A program made the translations under genes and the position numbers. From Myxococcota bacterium (GTDB lineage: Bacteria; Myxococcota_A; SURF-8): a stretch of DNA of 64,000 bases. A model generated the notes under the pieces. It was not told where the DNA came from, searched no databases, and saw nothing but the letters and a program-made list of their open reading frames with translations. The stretch is taken from NCBI GenBank assembly GCA_965140415.1, contig OZ223209.1:928001-992000 (forward strand), read 5' to 3'. Below are positions 1 to 10,699 of the stretch, one piece after another (positions within the stretch are counted from its first letter, which is position 1; every line of letters begins with the position of its first letter).

Positions 1-160
1 TTTGACCCAAGGGCATCGGGTAGGGAGTGGCAACAAATGCACCACCCATCGAAATGTTCTGTGTGACCCCTTTGGCGGAATAGTCCTCTGACCGGAACGT
101 TATGTCGAACGAAACCGGAACTCTTGCTGCCTGACGTTTGGTTTCTGCTGAATCCGCCAT
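1..160 (-). CDS. PilZ domain protein (c-di-GMP receptor-like), runs off window start
   Basis: Not in the ORF track. Read manually from ATG at 160 after a GGAGG RBS: MADSAETKRQAARVPVSFDITFRSEDYSAKGVTQNISMGGAFVATPYPMPLGQ..., with RxxxR and NxSxGG PilZ motifs. Confidence 0.85.
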   Translation of the reverse strand, partial: MADSAETKRQAARVPVSFDITFRSEDYSAKGVTQNISMGGAFVATPYPMPLGQ

Positions 161-242
161 GGTAGCCTCCTATGATGCGGGAGGTGGTAATCTAAAGGAG
201 CGCTTGCGATGATACACCGGATCACCGAAGCGGTCCGGAAAA

Positions 243-617
243 TTAATCCTCATCCTCTTCTGGATGAAAATAGGGCTCCCGAAATTTCAAGATATACTCG
301 TTGATGATCTTTTCATCTTCGCCGTTCAAGTCTTCAAAGCGCAAACCCATTCCAGGATGGGTTTCGGGATACACGGGATTGTACTCCCGATACCAGCAGA
401 CGACTCCGGTGGCTTCGATCGTGCGCGGCGTATTGGGCAACGTAAACGATAGAGGAATCTTCTCGCCGACTTTAGCCGGGACGTGGGTGGCCACAAAAAT
501 GCCGCCCGTCGAGATATTCACGGCAAAACCGGTGTAGAAATTCGTCGGGGATTGAATGCCGATTTCTACCTTAAGGCTGACTCGCGTATTGGTGCGCGAC
601 TCGTTACCCGATGTCAT
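243..617 (-). CDS. TIGR02266-type PilZ domain protein
   Basis: RTNTR and NISTGGIF motifs, C-terminal PGMGLRF. ATG at 617 follows a GGAG RBS (ORF track extends to GTG 638). Confidence 0.85.
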   Translation of the reverse strand: MTSGNESRTNTRVSLKVEIGIQSPTNFYTGFAVNISTGGIFVATHVPAKVGEKIPLSFTLPNTPRTIEATGVVCWYREYNPVYPETHPGMGLRFEDLNGEDEKIINEYILKFREPYFHPEEDED

Positions 618-665
618 CTGATTCTCCTTCTTTTCCACAGCGCCCGAATATGGGCTGTTCGCTGA

Positions 666-1178
666 TTAAAAACCTTCCGGTATTCCTACATATAAACCGC
701 ATCCGGGGCATTCATTCACACCTTGAGGAATGACTGCTTCGCAGGCCGGACAGGTGATTTGCTCTGCTTCCAGATCCAACGCATCGCCGAATTGAGCGGG
801 GTCAACGTTTTCGTTGGCCACTGTCGCCACCAACTCTTGAAACTCGTTCTGCAAAACTTCCGCAGCGCGTTGGAGATCTTCTGCGGCGACGGCCAAGTCC
901 AACGAGGGGGAACATCCGCCTGTCGAGCAACTTCCTTCCTTCCGTAGGATAACATTAGCAATAGCATTTTGGCAAAACAAGTTTTTCACACGCTTCAATT
1001 GATCGAGTGGCGCCTGTAAAACTACTGCCAATTCCTTGTCGTTCAGATACTCCATCATGGACCGATCGTCCATAAGGGGTTTGACCTGTTCCAGCGATTC
1101 CACCAACGCAACTTCGCAGGTCGCACAAAACGCGACTCCCGGTAAGAATTCTGAGCGGCATTCAGGACAAAAAGGCAT
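666..1178 (-). CDS. Zinc-ribbon protein (N- and C-terminal CxxC pairs)
   Basis: CPEC..CATC, central CSTGGC, CPAC..CPGC. ATG at 1178 with GGAG RBS. Confidence 0.75.
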   Translation of the reverse strand: MPFCPECRSEFLPGVAFCATCEVALVESLEQVKPLMDDRSMMEYLNDKELAVVLQAPLDQLKRVKNLFCQNAIANVILRKEGSCSTGGCSPSLDLAVAAEDLQRAAEVLQNEFQELVATVANENVDPAQFGDALDLEAEQITCPACEAVIPQGVNECPGCGLYVGIPEGF

Positions 1179-1349
1179 CGAACAACTCCACGGTGCTAAG
1201 TAATGTATCATAATCTCATGGAGCCGCGACTATATCAGAAGTGACGGGTGAATGTAAAGTAGAAGGAAAGGGATAATTTTCAAGGTCCGATCACATCCCT
1301 TTCTTGCGGTTACTTAAGTACCGGAGGTTGGAGTCGTTTACTATCGGGA

Positions 1350-1664
1350 TCAATAATCGTCCGTGGTCAAAGCACGCATCTTGCCGTCTTGCTCGACGAC
1401 CAACATGCGCATGCGAAGCAGCAGAATTTCTTTTTCTCGATTCGTAACCGAGGAACGAAAACGCGGGTCTCTACTAATAGCTAGAATTGCATCGAGATCA
1501 CAAACCACATGAGTGGGTGAATAGCGGTATTTCTGTTTGAAAGATTCGATTGCCAATTCAATGGTTTCAACCGGATAACCCTTTTTGGTCCCCCAGTTTT
1601 CCGTATCCAGATTCAGATCGTGCAGGCGATTGGCATGGTCGATAAAAATGAGCTTGGCTTTCAT
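1350..1664 (-). CDS. Hypothetical protein
   Basis: ORF of ~104 aa with an AAGG RBS-like sequence. No motif recognised. Confidence 0.55.
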   Translation of the reverse strand: MKAKLIFIDHANRLHDLNLDTENWGTKKGYPVETIELAIESFKQKYRYSPTHVVCDLDAILAISRDPRFRSSVTNREKEILLLRMRMLVVEQDGKMRALTTDDY

Positions 1665-1766
1665 GAGTGACCTTTCTTTGTACAACACCTGATTTTAGGT
1701 TTACAGATTGTACACGGTCTTGTCAATCTTATCCCGAAAACTGCTGCGTAGAAAACAAATAAACCG

Positions 1767-2783
1767 TTAGTCTCCGCCGCCACGTTCGCCATACCACTGT
1801 TTGTGGAAATTCTTATATTCCCCGGAAAGAATGCGCTGCCACCAGCCTTCATGGTCACGGTACCAGTCGATCAACTCCGGTAGGACGTCTTCGATAGTGA
1901 TTGTAGCTTGATAGCCCAACTCTCGCTCGGCTTTGGTCGAATCGATGGCGTAGCGCAGATCGTGTCCGGGTCGATCCTTGACGAAGGTAATCAGCTCATG
2001 TGATTGTCCGAGTCGATCGCAGATGTATTGCGCGATTTGCAGATTGGTACGCTCGCAGTTGCCGCCGAAATTGTAGGTTTCTCCCACTTTGCCTTCTAAT
2101 ACGATTTGTTCCAGGCCGCGGCAATGATCGGAAACGTGAACCCAGTCGCGCACGTTCTGTCCGTCGCCGTACAAGGGTAGCGGTTTGCCCTCCATGGTGC
2201 GCAGAATAAAGAGCGGAATGAATTTCTCCGGGAACTGATACGGGCCGTAATTGTTCGAACAGTGAGTGATAACCACAGGAAAATCAAAGGTTTTGAAGTA
2301 GCTGCGCGCTAACAGATCGCTGGCGGCTTTGCTGGCGGAATATGGGTTGTTGGGTGCATAGGGTGTTTGTTCGGTGAACATGCCTTCTGCTCCCAAGGAA
2401 CCGTAAACTTCATCTGTGGAAACATGCACGAATTTCTGGACACCTTCTTCACGGGCGGCATCGAAGAGCACCTGAGAACCGATTACGTTGGTGGTGATGA
2501 ATACCTGCGGTCCCAGAATGGAACGGTCTACGAAACTTTCCGCAGCGAAATGCACGACGACCTGGCAGCCTTTCATTGCCTCGTGTACCTGTTTGGCGTT
2601 GGTGATGTCGCCTTTAATAAAGCGATAACCGGGTTGGCCCTCGATATCGCTTAAGTTTTCCAGGTTGCCGGCATAGGTCAACGCATCCAGATTGACGAGT
2701 TCATCCTTGGGGTATTTCGAGCGCCAGTGATGGATGAAGTTACTGCCGATAAATCCGGCTCCGCCAGTGACCAGTAGTCGCAT
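1767..2783 (-). CDS. rfbB: dTDP-glucose 4,6-dehydratase
   Basis: GGAGFIG, LTYAGN, STDEVYG, YSASK, DRPGHD motifs. Confidence 0.95.
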   Translation of the reverse strand: MRLLVTGGAGFIGSNFIHHWRSKYPKDELVNLDALTYAGNLENLSDIEGQPGYRFIKGDITNAKQVHEAMKGCQVVVHFAAESFVDRSILGPQVFITTNVIGSQVLFDAAREEGVQKFVHVSTDEVYGSLGAEGMFTEQTPYAPNNPYSASKAASDLLARSYFKTFDFPVVITHCSNNYGPYQFPEKFIPLFILRTMEGKPLPLYGDGQNVRDWVHVSDHCRGLEQIVLEGKVGETYNFGGNCERTNLQIAQYICDRLGQSHELITFVKDRPGHDLRYAIDSTKAERELGYQATITIEDVLPELIDWYRDHEGWWQRILSGEYKNFHKQWYGERGGGD

Positions 2784-2828
2784 GTCGTGATAATTCCTGA
2801 TTAATGGGTAATGGTTGTTCGATTGATG

Positions 2829-3629
2829 CTAAGCACCATTCTTTTTAACGACAGGTTTTAAAACGACTTTGCCGTTTTTCTCCACAACCTTGAAATCGAT
2901 ATCGTGATCTTTGTACGTTTTTCGCAGTTTTCCGACCTGCCGGTCCAGTTCGTTTTGCAGAGCTTGTTTGCTGACCACCCCGCTCGCTCCGGTTTGCCGT
3001 CTGGCCTGGTTGTATTCCTGATAGATGCGATCCACCGAGCCGGAGTTGAGACACCCCGACTTTTCCGGTGAAGGTGTTTGCGAAGTGGCTGTCGCAGATT
3101 TTTCCTCTACCGACGGTCCGGCTAGCGGGCGCTTGTGGGACAGGTTTTTCATGTCCTTTTCGTCAATGGTTGTTGCCCGGATATCCAGCCGCCGCGTTTT
3201 GTCCTTTTCCTGCGGTGCACCGATCAAATCTTCCCGCTTGTGTTCTGCATTCTCTTCTTTACTGGCGATCTTAGGTGGTTCCTTGCCGAAAAACGCTTTC
3301 GGCTTGTCCGGTTGATTGATCGCAGAGCGAAACATGCTGCGCTGAAAGCGGCCTTCCTCGATTTCACGCTGAATGCGCGTCCAGTACTGGTTGAGCGAGA
3401 CGAAGCGTCCCACCAGCGACTGAAAACGGAAACGCACCGCCGGGTTTTTAATGTGCATTTCATGCAGTTTCGCAATGATCTGTCGGATTCGGATCTTTTT
3501 ATCGGATGGGTCGATGTGATCCAGCCCGGCGAAATAGACATCGTAAGCATGCTTGATTTTTTCGATACGGTCTTCCAGTTCTGCAACTTCTCTTAGACCG
3601 ACACTTGATCTCGGATCGCTTTTAAGCAT
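2829..3629 (-). CDS. Conserved myxobacterial-type hypothetical protein (MXAN_5187 C-terminal-like)
   Basis: N-terminal YxxYFxG...RFRF...YW..I.REIEEG helical block, low-complexity linker, C-terminal FKVVEKNGKVVLKP. Family recognised from memory only. Confidence 0.6.
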   Translation of the reverse strand: MLKSDPRSSVGLREVAELEDRIEKIKHAYDVYFAGLDHIDPSDKKIRIRQIIAKLHEMHIKNPAVRFRFQSLVGRFVSLNQYWTRIQREIEEGRFQRSMFRSAINQPDKPKAFFGKEPPKIASKEENAEHKREDLIGAPQEKDKTRRLDIRATTIDEKDMKNLSHKRPLAGPSVEEKSATATSQTPSPEKSGCLNSGSVDRIYQEYNQARRQTGASGVVSKQALQNELDRQVGKLRKTYKDHDIDFKVVEKNGKVVLKPVVKKNGA

Positions 3630-3719
3630 GGATTTGAACCTCTTCTTGCCAGCTCGGTACAGATGAGATAATGTACCAAAGCCGTGCGAATTCTACAAGT
3701 AATTGGGAGTACGCCAATA

Positions 3720-4907
3720 ATGAAAGCAACGAACAAGTTACTGCAAGTCGTAATTATACTACTGATTTCGATGTGTTATTCTCCTATATCAGCTCTTGCT
3801 GCGAGTTCTCTCGGAGAGGGGGCCAATTCGGAAGTCAAGCAGGATACACCCGGAACCGATTCGGACCGGGAGATGTATTACCAGGCTGTGAGCCTGGCGC
3901 GCAAGGATCAATATGAAGCGGCCAAGCGATTGCTTGAGCAATTGATCGAGCTGCACCCCGCGGGAAAATTCGCCGATGATGCCATGTACGAGTTGGCGCG
4001 CATCACCGACGAAGAACAGTCGCAGTTTTCGCAGGCAGTCGCTTTGTACAAGAAATTCCTTGAGAATTATCCCAGTAGTCGGTTGATGCGGCGCGTTCAG
4101 AATCGCGTAACCTATCTGGAAAAGGGATTGGCGACCGGCGAGGAGGCTTTCCGTGAATTCGAGCAGGTACGCCTGAAATTATCACTAAAATCGGCGGATG
4201 AAGGTGTGAGGCGCTTGGAAGCCTTATTACAAAAGCATCCCGATTTCAGCCTGCGCCTCAATGCCATGAGATGGATTGCCAATGCCCATCGGCGAAACAA
4301 CCATTTCAAAGAGGCGATTGTCGTTTTCGAGCGCATTGCCAAGGAATTCGAAGGCAGCGACGACGCCCGCCGCGCACTTGTCGGTGCCGGGGAATGCTGG
4401 ATGGAATTGGGGCAAGGAGAAAAGGCTTGGAATATTTTTCATCAGCTTTATGAATCTGAAGGTTATGGCGGTGATATCGCTCGTAATTATATGGACAAGT
4501 TGAGCAGCACCAAAGCCAAGGTGACCTTGTTCTATCTTTCGTTAGCTGTGCTTATCCTGGCAGTATTACTTGGGATATTCGCCATCAGCGTTCTACGTCC
4601 TCCCTCCAGTGCGTTCGTTCCGACGATCGAAGTCTGGATGGTTGCTACCATGTTCGGGGCCATTTTCGCCGCGACATGGTCGCGTCCCGATTTTTCCTCT
4701 GCCATCGCATGGAAAACCGGATTGGCAGTCAGTCTGGTTCTGTATTTCAATGGGATTCTTGCACCGCTGTTGCGTCGGAAACCGCTATTCCGCTGGTTGT
4801 ACCTGCTGCTGCTTATACTCGTTGGTGTCAGTGCGGCCTATGCAATTATTTTCTCGCTGGAACTGGTCGACCAGGTTCTCTATGATGCGGGTGAATGGTT
4901 AGGTTGA
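3720..4907 (+). CDS. Exported TPR protein with four C-terminal transmembrane helices
   Basis: Signal peptide, BamD/YbgF-like TPRs (HPAGKFADDA, YPSS), hydrophobic C-terminus. Alternative GTG start at 3684. Confidence 0.8.
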   Translation: MKATNKLLQVVIILLISMCYSPISALAASSLGEGANSEVKQDTPGTDSDREMYYQAVSLARKDQYEAAKRLLEQLIELHPAGKFADDAMYELARITDEEQSQFSQAVALYKKFLENYPSSRLMRRVQNRVTYLEKGLATGEEAFREFEQVRLKLSLKSADEGVRRLEALLQKHPDFSLRLNAMRWIANAHRRNNHFKEAIVVFERIAKEFEGSDDARRALVGAGECWMELGQGEKAWNIFHQLYESEGYGGDIARNYMDKLSSTKAKVTLFYLSLAVLILAVLLGIFAISVLRPPSSAFVPTIEVWMVATMFGAIFAATWSRPDFSSAIAWKTGLAVSLVLYFNGILAPLLRRKPLFRWLYLLLLILVGVSAAYAIIFSLELVDQVLYDAGEWLG

Positions 4908-5133
4908 CTGACAGTCATGTCAGCCTTCACAAAGGTTGCTCATTTGGCGCTCCGGCAATTTTGCTTGCCTTTAACCAGCGTCAACGGTACATTGATATCG
5001 CGGGAGGCGTGTGTTCGGCATACGTCGATCCTGGAAAAATGAATCGAAATTTCGAAATAATATCAAGGCCATGATGTAGAATGACGTCTGAAGCCACTGC
5101 TGGTGTTCACACGCGAAGCGAAGAGGGATAGCC

Positions 5134-8100
5134 ATGAATGATGGCGAGTTCAGAAGCAATGATGGAATCGAAATCGAAGACATGGACGAAATGGAATTGT
5201 TCGAAGCGTCCTCGCCGGAGCAGGGAGGCTTGGCCGACGGTACGGAGACTCCGATAGACGAAGACGCTTCGGAGGCTGTCGAGGAAGACCTCGCCGAAGA
5301 AAGCCAGGCCGAAGCTGGGGAAGTATCGGAAATAGAGGATACTTCCGAATCGATTCCGGAATCCGTGGAGCAAGAGCCTGCTGATGAACTGGAGGACGAA
5401 CCGATTCGTGAAGAACGCGGTGACGATACGGCATCTGTTGAAGCTGCAAGTGAAGAGGCTGATTCTCTAGAAGCGCTGGCAGAGGAGCCGGAAGCTTCTG
5501 CCGATTCCGATGCGGATGAGAATTCACTGCAAGCCGAAGATTCACAACAGGCCGAAGATCAACCGGAAACGGATACTGCCGAGGGTTCTGATGTAGCTGA
5601 TGCAGATGAAGAGGCGCAGTCAGACGAAGCCCCGGAGGAAGTCTCCGAGCGTCAACGCCAGGAATGGCAACGATTGTTGACGATTCTCGAACGCGAACTG
5701 GGTGTGACTACCGATCCTTTGCGCATGGCGGAATTGCATTTCGCCGTTGGTGAAATTCTGGAATTGCAGTTTGGGGAAACCGAACGCGCCGTATTGAATT
5801 ACCAGCAGGCTTATGCCGCCAATCCCTCGCATCAACCTACGTTAAAGGCTGCAACACGACTGTTTAAGGAGTTCGGGCGCTGGGAAATGGTGATCGAACT
5901 GCTTGAGGCGCAGGAAAACAGCACGCTGACTCAAAGCGAAAAACTGGATCTGCTGATCGAAAAAGCGCAAGTCTACGCGACCCGGCTGGAACAGCCCGAA
6001 GTAGCGGCCACACATTTGGAGCGGGTATTGGATATCGACCCGCGCAACGAAACGGCCTTTAAATTACTGGAGAAAATCTATTCGATCGGAGGCGAGAAAA
6101 ACCTGCTGATCGAATTTTACAAGCGCTACATCTACGATCCGAATTTTGCCGAATTGCATGTGTCGCTGATGCAGAATCTGGCCCAAATTCAGAGCGAAGA
6201 GGACCATCAGCAAATCGATGCGGTGGAGACCTATCACAAGATCATCGAGTTGGATACGCACAACCTGTTGGCGATCAGCGCGTTGAAGCGCTTGCTGGTG
6301 AAGCAGGAAAACTGGGATGAACTGGCGAAGTTGTACGAACAGGAAGAAGTTGTCACCGAGGAGCCGCAGCGGCAGGCGCTACTGAAGTATCTGCGCGCCC
6401 GGTTACTATCCGATCGCCTCGGACGTACAGAGCAGGCCATCGAATTGTTGCAGCAGGCTTTGGAAATCGATCCGACGAACATCCTGTTACTGGATGAACT
6501 GGAGGCGATTTACGAAGCGGCGCACGAATGGCAGCAACTGGTCGGCGTTCACGAGCGACAGTTCGAGCTGGCGGACGAAGAAGGCAAGCGAGTGGATATT
6601 GCCTTTAAGCTGGGGGCGCTGTTGCAGGAGAGGTTGCAGCAGTATTCCGAGGCGGCCATCTGGTATGAAAAAGCGTTAGAGGCCAAATCCGACTATCTGC
6701 CGGCGTTGCATGTGCTCGGCAAGATTTATTCGCGAGCCGGTGAATTTGAAAAGCTGCTGGAAATCTATCGGCGTGAACTGGCGCTCGTGGAAGATGCCCG
6801 GCTTAAAGCAGATAAGTACTTTACGATTGCAGAGCATGCTCAGCAGAACCTGAGCGATTTCGATCTGGCAATCGATTCCTACAGGCACGTATTGGAATTG
6901 CTGCCCGGCTATCTGCCAGCGATCAAGGCGCTATCGGAGTTGTTTTCGTATCTCGGTCGCTTACGGGATTTGATCGAGATGAACGAGTTACAGGTCGAAC
7001 ACAACCCGAATCTGAGCGGGGAGCAGTTTGTCTACCTGCTGGAAAAGAACGCCAGTTTGTGGGAACTGGAAGGCGAACTGGATCATGCGGTAGATTGCCA
7101 TCGCCGGATTCTGCAACGCCGCCCGGAGTATCTGCCTTCGATACAGGCGCTGGGGCGCATCTGCCATAAAGCCGGTATGTGGGAAGATCTGCTCGAAATC
7201 AATCGGCAGGAAGTGGACCTGATCAACGATCAGCACCGGATTGTTTCGTTGCTGTATAAGAGCGGTGAAGTCTGCGAATACCAGTTGGAAGATACCGAGC
7301 GCGCCGTCGGTTATTACCGGCGGGTGCTGACGTTGTCGCCTTCGTATCTGCCTGCCGTAAAGGCTTTGGGTGCGGTTTACCACAAGCAACAACGCTGGGA
7401 AGATCTGATCAAGATGTATCACCGTGAACTGGAAACGGTGAAAGAGGGCGAGCAGGCGGTAAGTATTCGTTTCAAAGTGGCTCAGATCTACGACGAACGC
7501 CTGGATGATTACCGCAAAGCGGAAATGAACTACCGCAAGATTCTACAGGAAAACCCGGATTTTACTCCGGCGTTGCACGCCTTGACCAAACTGTTCCAGC
7601 GCGAAGGAAATTCGGCGGCGTTGATTGAAATTCTGGAAGGCCAGATCAAGGCCAGTCAGGACCCGGCAGGAAAACTGCTCTCCCTGTACAAAATTGCCGA
7701 ACTGTATGAGTCGCGGCTACACGACATGGAAAATGCGGAGAGCGCATATCTCCGCATTCTGGAACTGGACCCGGATAATCTGGCGGCTTCGCGCGGGTTG
7801 TTCCGGATCTATGCCCAGATCAATGACAAGCCGAAGCAACTCAGCTTGACGCTAAAGGATCTGGAACGCGAACAGGATGTCGCCAAGCGGCTGCCGTTGC
7901 TTGTCACCGCTGCGGACATCTGCAACGAACTGGATGACAAGGGCGATGAAGCCGTTCGCCTCTATCGCGAAATTCTGGATCTTGAACCGGGCAACGAAGT
8001 TGCATTCCAGCAATTGGAGCGCCTGTTCCGTCACAGCCGTTCGTTCGGCGAGTTATGTGATTTGTACGAGGCGCGCCTGTTGCGGACGGAAGAGGATAAG

Positions 8101-10611
8101 AAGCGGTTGTCGCTGTTATGGATGACCATCGACCTGCTGGAAAATCATCTGGACGACTTCGAGCGCCTGTTGGCTTGTTACACCGAAGTGTTGCGCATCG
8201 ATTCCTATAACGCACGGGCGCTGGAGTTCTTTGAAGATGTGTACATCCACGAAAGACAGTGGGAAGATTTGCTGGAGATCTACGAACGCATGCGGCAATT
8301 GACCGAAGATCGGGAACAGTTGTTGCACATCAATGTTGCCAGCGGTCAACTGCTTGAACTGGAACTGGGACGCAACGAGCAGGCGGCGCGGCGCTATGAA
8401 AGCGCATTGGCGCTGGCTCCGCATCAGTTCGCCGCCGTACAGGGTGCCAAGCGCGTGTATGCCAAACTGGAGCGCTGGTCGGATCTGATGGGCTTATTGG
8501 AGGACGAACTTGAAGTTGCAAGCTCTTCGATTGCCTACATTGCCATTGCTTACCAGCTTGCTTATATTAAGGAAACGAAATTCGGTCAACGTCCCCAGGC
8601 TGCCAAGCTATACGGAAAGATCCTGGAATTGGACCCAGGGCACAAAGATGCCTTCGTGCGCGCCCGTAAATTGCTGACCGAAGCGCAAGACTATCAGAAG
8701 CTGATCGAAATCGGCGAGCGCCGACTCTCTACAATCAGCAAAAATCAGGAAGAGCAGGAAGAGCTACACTCCTGGATTGCAAAGCTGGCCGAAGAAGGTT
8801 TGTCTGATATCGAACGCGCCATTGCTCATCGTAAGCGATTGGTCGAGTACAACCCGCAAGACAATTCACAAATGAAATTGCTGGCGGATCTGTATGTTAA
8901 GAGTTCTGAGTGGAACGAAGCCATCGAGTTGTATGAAACGATCGCTCCGCGTATCGACAATGCCGACGAACTGCGCGAGTTGTACTATACGATGGGAAGA
9001 ATCTACCAGGAGGAATTGCAGAATAACTCGCGTGCGGTTAGTGCCTTTGAAACCATTTTCTCCTATGAGCCTGATGACATGCAGGCCATGGAGCGGCTGG
9101 GCGAGTTGTACATGATGATGGGTCTGGCGGAAGAGTCCAGCGAAATGCTGCAAAAGCTGCTGTCTCACGATCTGCCGCGCGAAAAGGAAATCCGCTACAA
9201 CCTGATGGTTGGTGAAATCAATCTGTCCCAGCTTAACGACGAAGACGAGGCTATTGCCTACTTCGAGCGTGCCATGGCGTTGGACCCGAGCAACCGCAAA
9301 GTCATCGATACGTTAAGCAGCATTTTCGAGAAACGCGGCAAATGGGATCAACTGGTCAGTATCTACGAGCGCAACATCGAAGAAGCGGCTGAAGGCCAAA
9401 CTGGCAAGCGTGTCGAGTTGCTGATGGGGTTGGCCCAGCTTGAAATGGAAAAAATCGGTGATGTGGAAAAAGCGCTGGAACGACTGAAAGCCGCGCGGGA
9501 ACTGGACGAGTATAACCTGGAAATTCAGGCCATGCAGGCCGAAGCCATGGGAATGAACGCGCTCTACTACCTCGAAGCCATCGACACGCATCGTCACCTG
9601 CTGGCGCAAAATCCTTTCCGTGTGGAAAGCTACCAGGAAATGTTCCGCATCTTTACCGAGCGTAAAGAACTGGATAAAGCCTTCTGCTGCCTGATCGCGT
9701 TGGATTTCCTTAAGGCGCTCGACGAGGAACAGGCAGCGTTGTATCGCCAGCAACGGGAGAGCGTGACCGGAGGAATCGCCGCGACGATTCCGGAAAAGGC
9801 GCAGAAGCAACTGCTGGTACATCCGCGTGAGAAGGGGAGTCTGCGCGATATTTTCCACCATCTGGAAACGGCGCTGTACAAACTGGAACCGGTGAATCTG
9901 GAGCCTTACGATCTGCCGAACTGCAAGGTAGCCGGGGTGAATTCCTCTATTTACCACCTCATGGAAAACGCCGCCTACCATCTGGGTGTGGATCTGTTCA
10001 AAGTGTATATTTCGCAGAAACAGCCGGATATCCTGGCCGTGGAAAACACAAAGCCGCCAACGGTTATCGTCGGTGGCAACCTGGCTTTTGCCACGGAAGG
10101 TGTGAAGCGTTTCCTTTCCGGCATTATCATGAGCCGCATTTCAAACGACCACGTACAGTTTGCGGATCTGGACCCGGCCCAGCTTCGTTATTGGGCGGAA
10201 GTGGTGGCGCACATGTACATACCGGAAGTCATGGTGCGTGATGCGGATGCCGAGCAGGTCGAGGATCTGGTCAAGCGGCTCAATCGCGTCATTTCCAAAC
10301 CGGCGCGCAAAGAACTGGAACTGGCTGCCCAGAACTATTACAAACAGGAACCCAAACCGGATTTCAAGAAGTTCCGCGACAGCATGCATCACACCGACAA
10401 CCGCATGGGGCTGCTGCTGGCGGGCGATATGATGGCGGCGGCGGAATGCCTGATTTTCCTTGAAACCGGCGAACCGTATCGCAACGGTGGCACGACCACG
10501 GACATCGTGGAGCGTTTCCGCTCCCACGAGCAGATCAAGGAATTGCTGGTATTTCTCGTCAGCGAAGATCTGTTCGAACTGCGCAAGCTGGTGCGCATGA
10601 ATGTCGAATAG
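5134..10611 (+). CDS. Giant TPR-repeat protein (AgmK/GltI-like architecture)
   Basis: 1825 aa. Acidic disordered N-terminus of ~170 aa, then dozens of TPR-like repeats (LxxDP/YLPA motifs) and a globular C-terminal domain. Confidence 0.85.
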   Translation: MNDGEFRSNDGIEIEDMDEMELFEASSPEQGGLADGTETPIDEDASEAVEEDLAEESQAEAGEVSEIEDTSESIPESVEQEPADELEDEPIREERGDDTASVEAASEEADSLEALAEEPEASADSDADENSLQAEDSQQAEDQPETDTAEGSDVADADEEAQSDEAPEEVSERQRQEWQRLLTILERELGVTTDPLRMAELHFAVGEILELQFGETERAVLNYQQAYAANPSHQPTLKAATRLFKEFGRWEMVIELLEAQENSTLTQSEKLDLLIEKAQVYATRLEQPEVAATHLERVLDIDPRNETAFKLLEKIYSIGGEKNLLIEFYKRYIYDPNFAELHVSLMQNLAQIQSEEDHQQIDAVETYHKIIELDTHNLLAISALKRLLVKQENWDELAKLYEQEEVVTEEPQRQALLKYLRARLLSDRLGRTEQAIELLQQALEIDPTNILLLDELEAIYEAAHEWQQLVGVHERQFELADEEGKRVDIAFKLGALLQERLQQYSEAAIWYEKALEAKSDYLPALHVLGKIYSRAGEFEKLLEIYRRELALVEDARLKADKYFTIAEHAQQNLSDFDLAIDSYRHVLELLPGYLPAIKALSELFSYLGRLRDLIEMNELQVEHNPNLSGEQFVYLLEKNASLWELEGELDHAVDCHRRILQRRPEYLPSIQALGRICHKAGMWEDLLEINRQEVDLINDQHRIVSLLYKSGEVCEYQLEDTERAVGYYRRVLTLSPSYLPAVKALGAVYHKQQRWEDLIKMYHRELETVKEGEQAVSIRFKVAQIYDERLDDYRKAEMNYRKILQENPDFTPALHALTKLFQREGNSAALIEILEGQIKASQDPAGKLLSLYKIAELYESRLHDMENAESAYLRILELDPDNLAASRGLFRIYAQINDKPKQLSLTLKDLEREQDVAKRLPLLVTAADICNELDDKGDEAVRLYREILDLEPGNEVAFQQLERLFRHSRSFGELCDLYEARLLRTEEDKKRLSLLWMTIDLLENHLDDFERLLACYTEVLRIDSYNARALEFFEDVYIHERQWEDLLEIYERMRQLTEDREQLLHINVASGQLLELELGRNEQAARRYESALALAPHQFAAVQGAKRVYAKLERWSDLMGLLEDELEVASSSIAYIAIAYQLAYIKETKFGQRPQAAKLYGKILELDPGHKDAFVRARKLLTEAQDYQKLIEIGERRLSTISKNQEEQEELHSWIAKLAEEGLSDIERAIAHRKRLVEYNPQDNSQMKLLADLYVKSSEWNEAIELYETIAPRIDNADELRELYYTMGRIYQEELQNNSRAVSAFETIFSYEPDDMQAMERLGELYMMMGLAEESSEMLQKLLSHDLPREKEIRYNLMVGEINLSQLNDEDEAIAYFERAMALDPSNRKVIDTLSSIFEKRGKWDQLVSIYERNIEEAAEGQTGKRVELLMGLAQLEMEKIGDVEKALERLKAARELDEYNLEIQAMQAEAMGMNALYYLEAIDTHRHLLAQNPFRVESYQEMFRIFTERKELDKAFCCLIALDFLKALDEEQAALYRQQRESVTGGIAATIPEKAQKQLLVHPREKGSLRDIFHHLETALYKLEPVNLEPYDLPNCKVAGVNSSIYHLMENAAYHLGVDLFKVYISQKQPDILAVENTKPPTVIVGGNLAFATEGVKRFLSGIIMSRISNDHVQFADLDPAQLRYWAEVVAHMYIPEVMVRDADAEQVEDLVKRLNRVISKPARKELELAAQNYYKQEPKPDFKKFRDSMHHTDNRMGLLLAGDMMAAAECLIFLETGEPYRNGGTTTDIVERFRSHEQIKELLVFLVSEDLFELRKLVRMNVE

Positions 10612-10699
10612 AGCCTGTTGTAAGCGACTTTCAGAGTTAGGCGTCGAGTCTATCGTACGCAACACATAGACAGCGAAAAGCACCAGGAGGGAAAAGGCC

